Source: a bacterium (lineage in GTDB: Bacteria; UBA8248). Taken from it: a stretch of DNA of 64,000 nt. The translations under genes were made by a program, and so were the position numbers. The stretch's first letter is position 1. Each line of letters opens with the position of its first letter. Below, piece after piece: positions 38,681 to 49,557 of this stretch. Location of the stretch: assembly GCA_965213625.1 (NCBI GenBank), contig CBDBZU010000004.1:768001-832000 (forward strand). Reading direction: 5' to 3'. The notes below the pieces were generated by a model. The model saw only the letters and a program-made list of their open reading frames with translations, did not search any database and was not told where the DNA came from.

Positions 38681-41600
38681 TAGGCTTCCTCTTCTTCTTG
38701 TTCAATGAGGTTGACGGCTTTCCGGGGTCTCACGCGATCAGACGGCGCGCCGCTGGCGCCGCTTGGTGCGGCGGCCGGTGCGGCGGCGAAGCTGGCCGGA
38801 CGTATAAGCGCCAGGAAATCCACCCACAACGAAAAGACGACCGGTATCAGCAGAAGCGTGAAGAGCGTGGACATGGCCAGACCGCCCAGGACGGCCGAGC
38901 CCAGCCCCCGGTAAAGCTCGCTGCCCGAGCCTGAGGAAACCACCAGAGGCAGCATGCCGAGTACGGTCGTCGTGGTCGTCATGAAGATGGGGCGCATCCT
39001 GTCGCGCGCGCTCTCGAGAATCGCTTCGCGCATGGGCAGACCCGCGCGGAAATGGTTCAGCGCCTGGTGGACGAGCAGGATCGCATTGTTCACCACGATG
39101 CCCGTCAGGATGATGAAGCCCAGCATGGTGAGCGTGTCCATCTTCACCGACGGTTCTATCGAGTTCATGAGGCTTACCATCAGCACGCCGCCCGTTGCGG
39201 CGAAGGGCACGCTGAACATGATGATGAACGGGTAGCTCCACGCTTCGAACAGGGCCGCCATCAACAAATAGGTGATCAGGAGCGCCAGCAGCAGCGACCA
39301 CTTGAGCGACGCCCAGGTCCGCTCCAGATCCTTCGCCCGCCCGCTCACACCCAGCGAATAGCCGAGCGGAAGCGTCTGGCGCATCGGTTCGATGACTTCT
39401 TTCTTCATCTTGTCGATCGCCACCTGAAGCGGCAGCTCGCTCCCGATGTTGACCGTGAGCGTCACGGAGCGGTCGCGGTCGATGTGCTCGACCTTCGTCG
39501 GCCCGAGCGCCGCCTGCACCCGGGCGATGTCTCCGAGCGAAACGACCTGCCCCTCGGGCGTGTGCAGCTTGAGTTCCTCGATCCGCTGCGTTTGGGTGAA
39601 ATCCGAAAGCGGTCCGCGCAGGATGATGTCGAGTTCCTCTCCGCGATCCCGGAAAATGCCCGCCTTGGTTCCGTTCACGAGCGTCTCCACGACGCTTCCG
39701 AGTTCCGCGACCGACACGCCGAAATCCGACGCCCTCTGACGATCCACATGCACCTGAAGCTCGGGATTTCCTAAATCAAAACTCGAATTGACAAATCGCA
39801 CGCCCCCGAGTCCGCGCGCCCTGGCGCCCACGTCGGATGCGACGCGCTGAATCTCGCTCAAACCGTCTCCCGTGATGTCGACCTTCAAGTTGATTCCGCC
39901 GATGAAGCCCGATCCGCGCCGCCGGAACAGGGGCGCCTGTGTGACGAACGTGCGCACCCCGGGCGTTCCCTGGAGGTCTTTGAACAATTTTTTGACGAGG
40001 CTCCGCATGGAGACGAGGTCGGAGTATTCCTTCTTGGCGATGATACCGACGATGGGGTTTTGCGTACGCACCACGGCGAAAAACCGGTCGATTTCCTTGG
40101 AGCGCTCAAGCTTCGCCTCCAGAACCTGCACGACCTTGTCCACCTCTTCGAGGTTCAGGCCCGCGGGCGTTCGCACGATCACGAACAGGAGATTGCGGTT
40201 GCCTTTCGGCAGATAGTCGATGGGCGGGAAGGACAGAGCCGCCACGGCGATGGCGCCCGCCGTGATCAGCGCTGCCACGAAGATGCGCCTCATCACCCCG
40301 CGCAGCAGCCAGCCCAGGGTGGCCACGTAGATTCGCCGGCAAAGCCTGCCCAGCGCATACACCCCCAGCATGCTGAAAAATCGATCCACCGGAGATCTTT
40401 TTCCAGCACCGCTCAGGATGCGCGAACTCAGCATGGGCACGACGGAGATCGACACGATGAGGGATAGCGCCACCGCCACGCTGATGGCGATGGCAATGTC
40501 GCGGAAGAGCTGTCCGGATTCGTCCTGCACGAACACCACGGGGACGAAGACGGCCAGCGTGGTGAGCGTGGAGGCCAGCACCGCTCCCCATACCTCTTGC
40601 GCGCCATCCACGGCGGCGTTCCACTTGCTCTTCCCCATCTCGCGGTGCCGGAAGATGTTCTCCAGCACCACGACGGAGTTGTCCACCACCATACCGACGG
40701 CGAACGCCATACCCGCGAGCGAGATGATGTTGATGGAGCGGCTCAGCACGAAGATGAAGATGAACGTGGAGACCACGGTAACCGGTATGGCGACGCCGAT
40801 GATCATGACGCTCGAAAGGCTGCCCAGGAACAGGAGCAGCACGCCTATCGCCAACGCGCCGCCAATGAATATGTTGTTGATCACGAGGGAACGGGACTGG
40901 TCGATGTAGACGGTCTCGTCATAGACCTGCTTGAGCCTGATGCCGCGCCCCGCATAGATTTCGTTGATCTCGGCGAGCGCCTTTTTGACCCCCGCCATCA
41001 CCTCGATGGTGTTGGCGCCGGTTTTTCGCAATGCTCCGAAAGCCAGGGTAGGCTTCCGCCGGACGCGAATCCGCCGCTGGAGGTCGCCGTAGCCGAAGGA
41101 AACCTTCGCGACGTCGCGCAGGTAGACGGCGCCGCTTCCGTTTTGCGCGATAATGGTGTTGCGCAGCTGATCGAGGCGCGTGAAATTCCCCACTGTGCGG
41201 ACCGAATAGCTGCGCTTGCCCTCGTCAATCTTCCCCGCCTTGGTGTTCTTGTTCTCTCGCTGTAATGCCGCCCTCAAGGCGGGTACCGTGATCCCGCGCG
41301 CGCTCATGGCCGCGTAATCGAGCGTGACGCGGACTTCCCTGTCTTGTCCGCCGAACATCCACACCTGGCCCACCCCCTCCACACGCTCGAGCTTGGGGCG
41401 GATGACGTTTTCCGCCTCGATGCGAACCTCGTTGATGGGGAGATCGGTCTCGACGACCATCCAGGCGATGGGGTTTTCCGCATCGGAGTTTAAAGCGTTG
41501 ACGGTGGAACGGTCCGAATCTTCGGGCAGGTTGCGCACGAGACCCAGCTTTTCCGAGACGTCGAGCCTGGCCACGTCCTTGTTCACGTCCCAGTCGAATT

Positions 41601-41880
41601 CGAGGAAGACACGCGACTTGCCTTCCTCGCTGCGCGAAGTCATCCGGTTGAGGCCCTCCACCGAGGTGAGCTTCTCCTCGATGGGTTTCGACACCTCTTC
41701 CTCCACCTCCAGCGGCGCAGCGCCCCTGTATTCGGTCTCCACCGTGATGACGGGCCTGTCGATCGTGGGCGTCATCTGCACCGGAATCCAGTAGAGGCTG
41801 ATCGCGCCGAAGAGCACCGCCAGTATGACGCCGACGGTGGTCGTGACCGGATATTTTACGCTCGCGCGGGGCAGATTCAT
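38680..41880 (-). CDS. RND efflux permease (AcrB/CzcA family)
   Basis: 1066 aa; GMVVDNSVVVLENI, GIVVNNAILL, RMRPIFMTT. Confidence 0.95.
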   Translation of the reverse strand: MNLPRASVKYPVTTTVGVILAVLFGAISLYWIPVQMTPTIDRPVITVETEYRGAAPLEVEEEVSKPIEEKLTSVEGLNRMTSRSEEGKSRVFLEFDWDVNKDVARLDVSEKLGLVRNLPEDSDRSTVNALNSDAENPIAWMVVETDLPINEVRIEAENVIRPKLERVEGVGQVWMFGGQDREVRVTLDYAAMSARGITVPALRAALQRENKNTKAGKIDEGKRSYSVRTVGNFTRLDQLRNTIIAQNGSGAVYLRDVAKVSFGYGDLQRRIRVRRKPTLAFGALRKTGANTIEVMAGVKKALAEINEIYAGRGIRLKQVYDETVYIDQSRSLVINNIFIGGALAIGVLLLFLGSLSSVMIIGVAIPVTVVSTFIFIFVLSRSINIISLAGMAFAVGMVVDNSVVVLENIFRHREMGKSKWNAAVDGAQEVWGAVLASTLTTLAVFVPVVFVQDESGQLFRDIAIAISVAVALSLIVSISVVPMLSSRILSGAGKRSPVDRFFSMLGVYALGRLCRRIYVATLGWLLRGVMRRIFVAALITAGAIAVAALSFPPIDYLPKGNRNLLFVIVRTPAGLNLEEVDKVVQVLEAKLERSKEIDRFFAVVRTQNPIVGIIAKKEYSDLVSMRSLVKKLFKDLQGTPGVRTFVTQAPLFRRRGSGFIGGINLKVDITGDGLSEIQRVASDVGARARGLGGVRFVNSSFDLGNPELQVHVDRQRASDFGVSVAELGSVVETLVNGTKAGIFRDRGEELDIILRGPLSDFTQTQRIEELKLHTPEGQVVSLGDIARVQAALGPTKVEHIDRDRSVTLTVNIGSELPLQVAIDKMKKEVIEPMRQTLPLGYSLGVSGRAKDLERTWASLKWSLLLALLITYLLMAALFEAWSYPFIIMFSVPFAATGGVLMVSLMNSIEPSVKMDTLTMLGFIILTGIVVNNAILLVHQALNHFRAGLPMREAILESARDRMRPIFMTTTTTVLGMLPLVVSSGSGSELYRGLGSAVLGGLAMSTLFTLLLIPVVFSLWVDFLALIRPASFAAAPAAAPSGASGAPSDRVRPRKAVNLIEQEEEEA

Positions 41881-42001
41881 CCCCTCTCCTTCATCGGCGG
41901 CCTTTCTTTCACTCGCTCATGCGTGAAGCAGCGTTTCACATCCCTCGCCGCCCCATTCAAGTTTTCACAAACACAAAAAATCGGCTTCAGCCGAACGCGC
42001 C

Positions 42002-43348
42002 TTATCCCCCGGCGCCGCGCCGGGAATCGGCGGCGGGCTTCCCGCCTCTTTGGGGACGGCCTCCGGGTCCACGCCCGCCGGGTTTCATCCCGGGCCGGCC
42101 GCCCCTGCCCTGCAAGCGAACGGGCATGCCGGCTCTCAATCTCTCGTTTCCTTTCACCACGACCTGCATGCCGGCCCTGAGCGCGCCGCCCGTGGCCTCC
42201 ACGAAAGAATCCACGCTTCTGCCCTGCGTGAAGGAAACCTCGCGAACGCGCCCTTTCTCGAACACGAAGACCGAGGCGCCCCGCGCCCTGAGAATCAGCG
42301 CGTCCTTGGGCACCAGAACCATGCTGGCCGCTTTTCCGTATTCGAGGTTCAGGCGGGCGAACATGCCGGCCTTGAGGTCGTAGGACTCGGTATTTTTTAT
42401 CTCCACTTCCACCGGGAAGGTGCGGCTCTTTGTGTCCGCCTTGGGTATGACGCCACGCACCCGGCCCGTGAACACCCGGCCTCCCAGAGCGTCGACGACG
42501 ACGCGCGCCTCATCGCCCACGCGCACCAGGGAGATGCGCCGCTCCGCAATCGGGGCCTGCACCAGCACCCTGTCGAGTTCGATGACCTCGGCCACGCGGC
42601 CCCCCTTCGTGAGCCACTGGCCGACCTCCACCCACTCCTGGGTGATGAAACCCGTGAGCGGGGAACGAATTTTCGTCTTGGCCAGATCGTCTCGCACCCG
42701 GGCGACGCGCGCCCGCACCCGGTCCATTTCCGCCTTGGCGCGGGCCTTCTCTTCCTTCCGGGGGCCGAGCCTGGCAATCTCCAGGTTGCGCGAAGCCTCC
42801 TCGAACATCTGCCAACTGGCCTCGTAGGCGGCTTCTGCGCGATCGAGACTGGCCTTGTCCAGAATTTTCTTCTCATACAGATCCCGCGCGCGGTTCAGCT
42901 CGAGCTCGTTGTTCCTCATCTGCGCTTCGCGCTCGCGCACTTTGGCCTGATGCGCCGCGATCTCCTCGGGACGCATTCCGCGTTCCAGTCGCAGCAGGTC
43001 CTGGCGCGCCTTCTCGAGCTCCGCCCGCAGGATGCGCAGGTCGATCTGCAGCCCCGAACGCCCCACCGTGGCGATCACCGTCTTGTTCGCTCGGACGAAA
43101 TCGCCCACCTTGAGCGGGGCCGTCTGCACCCGGCCCTCGAGTTCGCTGCTCACGACCGACCGGCGGTAGGGCGCCACGCTACCCACGGCGGTGAGGCGGT
43201 TTCTCACCTGACGCTCAACAACCTTCGCCACAGACACCAGCGGCGGAGGCCGCTTACGCGGACGGCCAGCCTCGGAAGTGGCGACATCCAAGCCGAAAGA
43301 CACAAATATGATGAGGAAAGGAATGGTTCGGGCGACGAGAGAGTTCAC
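42002..43348 (-). CDS. RND membrane fusion (periplasmic adaptor) protein
   Basis: Long coiled-coil hairpin, IRSPLTG, SRTFPV, LKAGMF, LVPKDAL; Gly/Arg/Pro-rich tail. Confidence 0.92.
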   Translation of the reverse strand: MNSLVARTIPFLIIFVSFGLDVATSEAGRPRKRPPPLVSVAKVVERQVRNRLTAVGSVAPYRRSVVSSELEGRVQTAPLKVGDFVRANKTVIATVGRSGLQIDLRILRAELEKARQDLLRLERGMRPEEIAAHQAKVREREAQMRNNELELNRARDLYEKKILDKASLDRAEAAYEASWQMFEEASRNLEIARLGPRKEEKARAKAEMDRVRARVARVRDDLAKTKIRSPLTGFITQEWVEVGQWLTKGGRVAEVIELDRVLVQAPIAERRISLVRVGDEARVVVDALGGRVFTGRVRGVIPKADTKSRTFPVEVEIKNTESYDLKAGMFARLNLEYGKAASMVLVPKDALILRARGASVFVFEKGRVREVSFTQGRSVDSFVEATGGALRAGMQVVVKGNERLRAGMPVRLQGRGGRPGMKPGGRGPGGRPQRGGKPAADSRRGAGG

Positions 43349-43580
43349 GAATCTCCTCTTTTCTCAGAAAGTCGCGCAATGCGCGCCTGCTTTCAGCGGC
43401 AATAATTTGAAGTATCATCCCAAAACCCTTGAAAAACCGCAACTAAAGAGTTGAGTCACCGAAATCGCACAATGCGTGAGCGCACGCTCGAACTTTCTAC
43501 TTGTCCTTTGGGAATCCAGGGTTCATAATGACGCCCTGGAAACAGATACCACGCCCGCCGCTCAGAAACGGCTTACTCCA

Positions 43581-45197
43581 ATGCGCATCGTTCTCGCCGG
43601 TCACAACGTCGACGTCGACGTGCTCCGCCAGATGAAAAAAGAGATCATCGAGCCCGCCGCCCGCGGCTGGGAGGAGAACCGACTCGACGCCATGAGCGAG
43701 GCCGAACTGCGCACGCAGGCGGCGGAACTCCAGCGCAGGGCCGCCGATTTTCTCGAACGCGACAACCTGACGCCCGAGCCCATCAGCGCGTCCTACGCGC
43801 GCATCAGTCGGGACCCGAGGCCCATCGACGAGCTTCGCGCCATCGCGCGAGAAGAGGTGGAAAAGGCGCGAAAGAGCAACCAGACCATCATCTTCGGCTA
43901 CGGGCACAGTTCCGTGGCCGAGCACGCGAGCTTCAACATCGACGTCATCGGCGTGAGCCGCTACGCGGTGGAGGAAATTCAGAAGTTCAGGCTCCTGGCC
44001 TACACCGAGAAGAGCCAGCGCTACATCCTGCTCGAAGACGATTTCGTAATCCCTGAGGAAATCGAAAAAGCAAGCCTTAAAAACCTCTTCGTGCGGACGA
44101 TAAAGGCCCAGAACGCCTGCTATCACGCGCTGTATGAGAAGCTCAGGCCCTGGGTGTTCGACCAGAACCCTGAGCTCGCCGCCAAGAAGCGAAACCACAA
44201 GACGCTCGAGGGCTGGGCCAAGGAGGACGCGCGCTACATCGTCTCCTTCGCCACGGAATCGCAGATCGGCATGACGCTCAGCGCGAGGAGCCTCGAGCAC
44301 GTCATCTGCCGCTGCGCCTCGCACCCCCTCGCGGAAATCAGGGAATACGCGCGCCGTCTGTATGAATGCGTTGGCGGCGTCGCGCCCTCGCTCGTAAAAT
44401 ACACCGACCCCACCGAATACAACATGAACACCCGGGCGGCGCTTCGAGAGAATGCCTTGGGTTTCATCGAGCGAATGAATGAGGAGTCCACGCCGGCTCC
44501 GCCCATCGCCGAGGAGAAAGACGTCTCCCTCATCGACGTCACCCCGGATGCAGACGCCCTCGTCGCCGCAGCCCTACTCCATTCATCCTCAGGAAAAACG
44601 ATGGCGCATTGTAATGCGGCGGCCAGGGAGATGAGCGAAGATGAGCGCGCGCGTTTCATCGCCTCCACCTTCAAGCTCATGCGCGGTCACGACGCCGTGC
44701 TTCGCGAATTCGAGAACGTGCGCTGCGTGTTCGAGGTGACGCTATCCGCAGCCTGCTTCGGGCAGTTAAAACGCCACCGCATGTCCACTTTGAACACCCA
44801 GCCCTACGACATCACATTGGGCGTGACCATGCCCTCTGCTATCGCCGAGGCGGGCGCAGCGCCTGAGTTCCAGGCCGCCGTGGATGAGACCAACGCCGCG
44901 TACGAGAAAATCGCCGAGCATACCCCCCTGGCCGCGCCCTACGTGCTCACGAACGCGCACAAACGGCGCGTGCTGTTCTCATCGAACGCGCGCGAGCTTT
45001 ACCACGTATCGAGGCTTAGAGAGGACCCCCACGCACAGTGGGACATTCGCGAAAAGTCCACGCAGATGATCAGACTCGCGAAAAAGGTCATGCCCGCCAC
45101 CATGCAACTCGCGGTCGGGAAGCACCTGTTCGAGGAAACCCACGCGGCGCTCTTTCCGCAAGAAGTCGAGGAAGCAAAAAAAGAGACCGTCAAGTAG
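43581..45197 (+). CDS. thyX: FAD-dependent thymidylate synthase, tandem-domain form
   Basis: ARISR, GHSSVAEHASF, TEKSQRY, EDARY in domain 1; QLKRHRMS, NARELYH...LR...HAQWDIR in domain 2. Confidence 0.85.
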   Translation: MRIVLAGHNVDVDVLRQMKKEIIEPAARGWEENRLDAMSEAELRTQAAELQRRAADFLERDNLTPEPISASYARISRDPRPIDELRAIAREEVEKARKSNQTIIFGYGHSSVAEHASFNIDVIGVSRYAVEEIQKFRLLAYTEKSQRYILLEDDFVIPEEIEKASLKNLFVRTIKAQNACYHALYEKLRPWVFDQNPELAAKKRNHKTLEGWAKEDARYIVSFATESQIGMTLSARSLEHVICRCASHPLAEIREYARRLYECVGGVAPSLVKYTDPTEYNMNTRAALRENALGFIERMNEESTPAPPIAEEKDVSLIDVTPDADALVAAALLHSSSGKTMAHCNAAAREMSEDERARFIASTFKLMRGHDAVLREFENVRCVFEVTLSAACFGQLKRHRMSTLNTQPYDITLGVTMPSAIAEAGAAPEFQAAVDETNAAYEKIAEHTPLAAPYVLTNAHKRRVLFSSNARELYHVSRLREDPHAQWDIREKSTQMIRLAKKVMPATMQLAVGKHLFEETHAALFPQEVEEAKKETVK

Positions 45198-47592
45198 CGG
45201 CTTCCGCACCCGCCTTTTGCCGGAACAGGACCGCGCCCCCGGCAGCCAGTCCCAGAACGTGCAGCCATGCAGGCCCCAGGAACAGGAGCAGCGATGCGCC
45301 AATCATCACGGTTCGCATCGTGGCGTTCATCGGTGCGCGGCCGAACCCCATCGTCGCCATCGATAGTAGCGCTATCCCTGCGCAACTCACGGCGAGTCGG
45401 TAGGCCACCGTCCAGAAAGTCCCCTCGAGCAACAGGAGTTCGGGGTAGTACACGAACAGATAAGGCACGATGAAGGCGGTAACCGCCAGCCTGCAGGCGG
45501 TGAAGCCCGTCTGCATCGGGTTCGCGCCCGATATGCCCGACGCGCCATATGCGGCCAGCGCCACGGGCGGCGTGATGGAGCTGATGACCCCGAAATAGAA
45601 GATAAAGAAGTGCGCGGCCACCAGCGGCGCGCCCAGGCTCGTGACAGAGGGCGCCACCACGATGACCAGAAGCAGATAGGCGGCGATGGTCGGAAGCCCC
45701 ATGCCCATCACGAGCGAGGCGATCATCACCAGGAAAAACGCGAGGAACAGGGAGGTCGCCGCCATCTCCGTCACCAGGATCGATATGCGCACGCCGACCG
45801 CTGCGAGCACCAGGAGGCCGACGATGAGGCCGATAGCCGAAGTCGCCGCGACCAGCCCAAGCGAGTTCTTGGCGCCTGCCTCCAGGCTTCTCAGGACGGC
45901 GGAGCCCAAGTCGCGTGCGCTCGTCTTCGCCTCGGGCGTCTCCCCGGCCCGGAATACGGGAAGCACGATCAGATAAATCACTATAAAAAACAACGCTATG
46001 GGCAGCAAAAGCCCGACGTATGGAATCTGCCCGACCCACGCGAGTTCAGATGGTATCTTCCAGCGCGCCAGACCAAGCGCGATGGGGAATATAATCGGCA
46101 GCCCCCGCCACCCCGGAACCGCCGCGAAGCAGACCCCGACCATCACCAACGCCAGCCTGTGGAGCGGAACTTCACCTACGAGAGGCAGAGCTATGTTCTG
46201 CGAGACGGCCAACGGCGCATTCACCGGCCCGAAAGCGAAGAAGATGGCCCCCAGAATCAATGCGCCCGCCAGATACACGCACGGGTTCCCCCAGCGCGCC
46301 CGGATGAGCCTGAGCGAGCGCACCAGGTCCACCATCACCAGGAGCGATACCACCGCCTTGTATCCCGCCAGGCCCGGCGTCTCACCGCTCACGATGCTGC
46401 CCAGCAAGATCAGCACGGGTATCAGGAGGTAGCCCCCTTGTTGCACCTGCTCCCTGGCGTCGGGTATTTCCGAAGCATCCATTCTCTCCAGACCGAGCCT
46501 GCGCGCCTCGAAATAAATCGACGTGGATAGGCTGAAGTAATATAAAAAAGCGGGAATCAGCCCGTATAGCATCAAATAGACGTAGGGCACCTCGATGATC
46601 TCGGACATGATGAAGACGCTGGCGCCCATGATGGGCGGCACGATTTGCCCGCCGCACGAGGCCACCGCTTCCACCGCGCCCGCAAACAGCCGTGTGAATC
46701 CGGTGCGGATCATCAGCGGTATCGTGAACGTGCCCGTGCTCACCACGTTGGCCATGGTTGAGCCAGAGACCATCCCGAACATCGAACTGGCCACGACCGC
46801 CGCCTGGGCGGGACCGCCCCGGAAGCGCCCCGTGAGCGCGAACGCGAGGTTGATGAGTATCTGCCCGGTCCCGGTCGCCTCCAGAAGAGCGGAGAACAGG
46901 ATAAAGATAAAGATGAACTCGCTCATGATGGCCGAGATGGTGCCGAACGTGCCCTCCGAGGTGAGCCACAGGTAGGCGGCCAGCCGGCTGTGCTCCTCCC
47001 CCTTGAACGTATAGATGGCGGGGTCCAGGAAACCGCGTCCCGGCAGCAAGAAGAACAAGACGGCAAGCGCGGCGAAGCCCACCGCGATTTTGAGGTTCGC
47101 ATATCGCTTGATGGCGATGAACACGATAACGCAGGAGAAAAAGATGAGCGTCACGTCGCCCAGATAGGCGTAGACCACGATGCTAAGCGTCACCAGGAAC
47201 AGGGGAACGCCGGCCGCACGGCGCACCATCTCGAGCAGCATGACAGGGCCCAGCCCTGCGACGATGAGGTCGAGCCCGGTCTCGGCCCCGCTTCTGTCCG
47301 CCAGGGCTTCCTCTTCGACGACGAGATAGATGCAGGCGTAAAGCGCCAGGCCGATGAAAAGCGCGTCCCACCCGACGGCGAACGCGCGGGCGGGGGGAGT
47401 CATATCCTCGCGCTCGCGCCAATCCAGCATCGGCTTCGTAAGGAAGACCAGTACGCTCGCAAAGGTGAGCATGGTCGCGCGCTGCGCGAAAGGGGAGAGA
47501 ATCCCGAAGCCGACGGTGTAGAGTTCGAACAGGGAAAAACCCAGCGCGAGCGCCGTGACGATTATGGGGTTGAGCCTGCGGTAGGCGTCCAA
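45190..47592 (-). CDS. TRAP transporter 4TM/12TM fused permease
   Basis: GRFRGGPAQAAV, ANVVSTGTFTIP, PPIMGAS, GMGLPT, TPPVALAAY. Confidence 0.92.
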   Translation of the reverse strand: MDAYRRLNPIIVTALALGFSLFELYTVGFGILSPFAQRATMLTFASVLVFLTKPMLDWREREDMTPPARAFAVGWDALFIGLALYACIYLVVEEEALADRSGAETGLDLIVAGLGPVMLLEMVRRAAGVPLFLVTLSIVVYAYLGDVTLIFFSCVIVFIAIKRYANLKIAVGFAALAVLFFLLPGRGFLDPAIYTFKGEEHSRLAAYLWLTSEGTFGTISAIMSEFIFIFILFSALLEATGTGQILINLAFALTGRFRGGPAQAAVVASSMFGMVSGSTMANVVSTGTFTIPLMIRTGFTRLFAGAVEAVASCGGQIVPPIMGASVFIMSEIIEVPYVYLMLYGLIPAFLYYFSLSTSIYFEARRLGLERMDASEIPDAREQVQQGGYLLIPVLILLGSIVSGETPGLAGYKAVVSLLVMVDLVRSLRLIRARWGNPCVYLAGALILGAIFFAFGPVNAPLAVSQNIALPLVGEVPLHRLALVMVGVCFAAVPGWRGLPIIFPIALGLARWKIPSELAWVGQIPYVGLLLPIALFFIVIYLIVLPVFRAGETPEAKTSARDLGSAVLRSLEAGAKNSLGLVAATSAIGLIVGLLVLAAVGVRISILVTEMAATSLFLAFFLVMIASLVMGMGLPTIAAYLLLVIVVAPSVTSLGAPLVAAHFFIFYFGVISSITPPVALAAYGASGISGANPMQTGFTACRLAVTAFIVPYLFVYYPELLLLEGTFWTVAYRLAVSCAGIALLSMATMGFGRAPMNATMRTVMIGASLLLFLGPAWLHVLGLAAGGAVLFRQKAGAEAAT

Positions 47593-47624
47593 TGCGGTTC
47601 ACACCTTAGGATACGAGGCGAAGA

Positions 47625-47666
47625 ATCCTCCCCCCTGTGGATTATCCACCTCCACAGGGGGGATTT
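47625..47666. terminator. Intergenic GC-rich hairpin between TAXI and permease genes
   Basis: CCCCCTGTGGA ... TCCACAGGGGG inverted repeat. Confidence 0.5.
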
Positions 47667-47693
47667 CCTGATTATCAGAACACGCAGAACGCC

Positions 47694-48662
47694 CTAGCAG
47701 CCCTTGGCGCCCACTTCCTTGTAGTAGCGCTTGGCGCCGTCATGCACCGGAAAGGATAGCCCCTGGCAGGCGCCTGCGAGCGTGACGTTCTTCGCAGCTT
47801 TGGCCGTGCCGTAGAATTCCTTCAGGTTGCCGAACAGGGTTTTCGTCACCTTATACACGGTGTCTGCGCTCACGTGAGTGCTGGTGGAGAACCCGAAGTT
47901 GATGAAGATGGTGCGGATAGGCTTTTTGTTCACCTGGTTTTTGCCGTAGGTGCCCGGCGCGATGGTGGTCGCCGTTAGGCCGGGACCGTAGGTGGCCACC
48001 ACGTGCTTCACGGCCGCCTCGTCCATGTCCACCAGACGGATTTTCTTGAGCGCCGCCAACTCCTGCACGAGGCCCATCGGCGCCATGCCCATCGTGAGGT
48101 GGGCAGCGACGTTGCCGTTTCTCAACTGGCCGAATCCGCCCCGGAAACCGGGCGTGCTTTCATTATACTGGCCCTTTTTGAGACCGTGCGCGGGTAAGAA
48201 ATAGCGCGCATACGTCTGGGTGGTGCTGGCGGCCGAGCCCACCGATACCTTCTTTCCCTTCACGTCCTTCAGGTTCATGACGCCCGAATCCGCCAGGGCC
48301 AGCCACTGGAACTGCCCGAAGGGATACGCCAGAACGGCGCGCAGGTTTTTCTTGGGGCCTTCTTTCTTGAAGCGCCTCTCTCCCTTGTAGGCCCATGCGC
48401 CCACCGGACCGCCGAGTCCCCAGGCGAACTGCGCCTGGCCCTTGGCGATGATGCGCGCCTGCGCAACCATGCCTTTTGCCGATTGCGGCGTGGCGCTGAT
48501 GCCCGCCTTGGATTTAAGGATTTTGCTCAGCCCCACGGCGAACTGATAGGGCTGGCCCTTGAGGCCGCCGCCCAGAATGGTGACCGACTGCGCAGACGCG
48601 ACAGCGGCGAAGATGAATACGGCCGAAACCGCGACGACGATGCTCAAAAATGTGCGTTTCAT
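47694..48662 (-). CDS. TAXI family TRAP solute receptor
   Basis: Signal peptide; DVKGKKVSVG, VYKVTKTLF, PVHDGAKRYYKEVG. Confidence 0.9.
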   Translation of the reverse strand: MKRTFLSIVVAVSAVFIFAAVASAQSVTILGGGLKGQPYQFAVGLSKILKSKAGISATPQSAKGMVAQARIIAKGQAQFAWGLGGPVGAWAYKGERRFKKEGPKKNLRAVLAYPFGQFQWLALADSGVMNLKDVKGKKVSVGSAASTTQTYARYFLPAHGLKKGQYNESTPGFRGGFGQLRNGNVAAHLTMGMAPMGLVQELAALKKIRLVDMDEAAVKHVVATYGPGLTATTIAPGTYGKNQVNKKPIRTIFINFGFSTSTHVSADTVYKVTKTLFGNLKEFYGTAKAAKNVTLAGACQGLSFPVHDGAKRYYKEVGAKGC

Positions 48663-49012
48663 CGAATTGCCTCCTTGGTAATAATGCCGGAAAAACCCCG
48701 CTCGAAAGCGAGGCGCGCGAAATGAAATAAATCTCTCAGGATCAAATACACATGGTGCGATGAGATGATCCTAACACAAGAGCCTTCAGCGCTTAAAATT
48801 AAAATTCTCTAACCCATTCTGGCGCGATGAACCGTGACGAATATCTCGAACAAAGGGCGGCGGGTGTGAGGTTGTCCGTCTTGTTTCTCCCGTGTGAAAA
48901 TTTCCCTCCCCACTCAAAATTGACGCAGACCTGCAAAGGGCTTAGGCTGGTAGCGTTCCTTCGGTATTCAACGCAAATGCCGCCGGGAAAGGCTATTTCT
49001 CGAGAGGTCGCC

Positions 49013-49528
49013 ATGGTGACTTTCTTCCAGACGCTCATTCGCCCCGATCGGGAGGAAAGCGCCCAGCGCGCCGAAGTCGCCAAAGCGGCGAATCTGCTGC
49101 AAGTGGGGGAGTTTCAGTTTTTACAACTCGCCTACAGTGAATGGTACAGCGAGGAGATGTCCGAAGAACTCATCAATCAACTCTTCATGGCCTATATGCT
49201 TTATGATCAAGTGCCCTTCTGGGCGCGCCGACATGCGCACAAAATACTGGCCCTGGACAAGCAAGGCGAATTGAACGAGAACGACCCCGCTTACCATAGG
49301 TATGATAAGGATTACGGCAAAAAGATCCCCGCAGATATCAAGCGCTTCATCGTGACCGCCACCCTCATGGTATCGATCATGACCGGCATCGTCTGGCTCA
49401 GCCATCTCGTCGCCGGGGAGAGCACTTCTTTCCTGCCGCCATATTTCGAGAAAAAAGAGATGAAGGCGATGGTGAAGGAGCCTAAGATAGAGGATACGTC
49501 CCTGGCGCCGGGCCGTTATAACAGATAG
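49013..49528 (+). CDS. Hypothetical membrane-anchored protein
   Basis: GAGGT RBS then ATG; AANLLQVGEFQFLQLAY..WY motif; one TM near C-terminus. Confidence 0.75.
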   Translation: MVTFFQTLIRPDREESAQRAEVAKAANLLQVGEFQFLQLAYSEWYSEEMSEELINQLFMAYMLYDQVPFWARRHAHKILALDKQGELNENDPAYHRYDKDYGKKIPADIKRFIVTATLMVSIMTGIVWLSHLVAGESTSFLPPYFEKKEMKAMVKEPKIEDTSLAPGRYNR

Positions 49529-49557
49529 CGTGGATTAACTTCCCATCCGAGGTCGTC

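Noticed and set aside
38327-38683. Clean CTAG target-site duplication around the MITE-like element
   Set aside because: Left flank is CTAG but right flank is CTTAG, so no symmetric boundary gives an exact duplication
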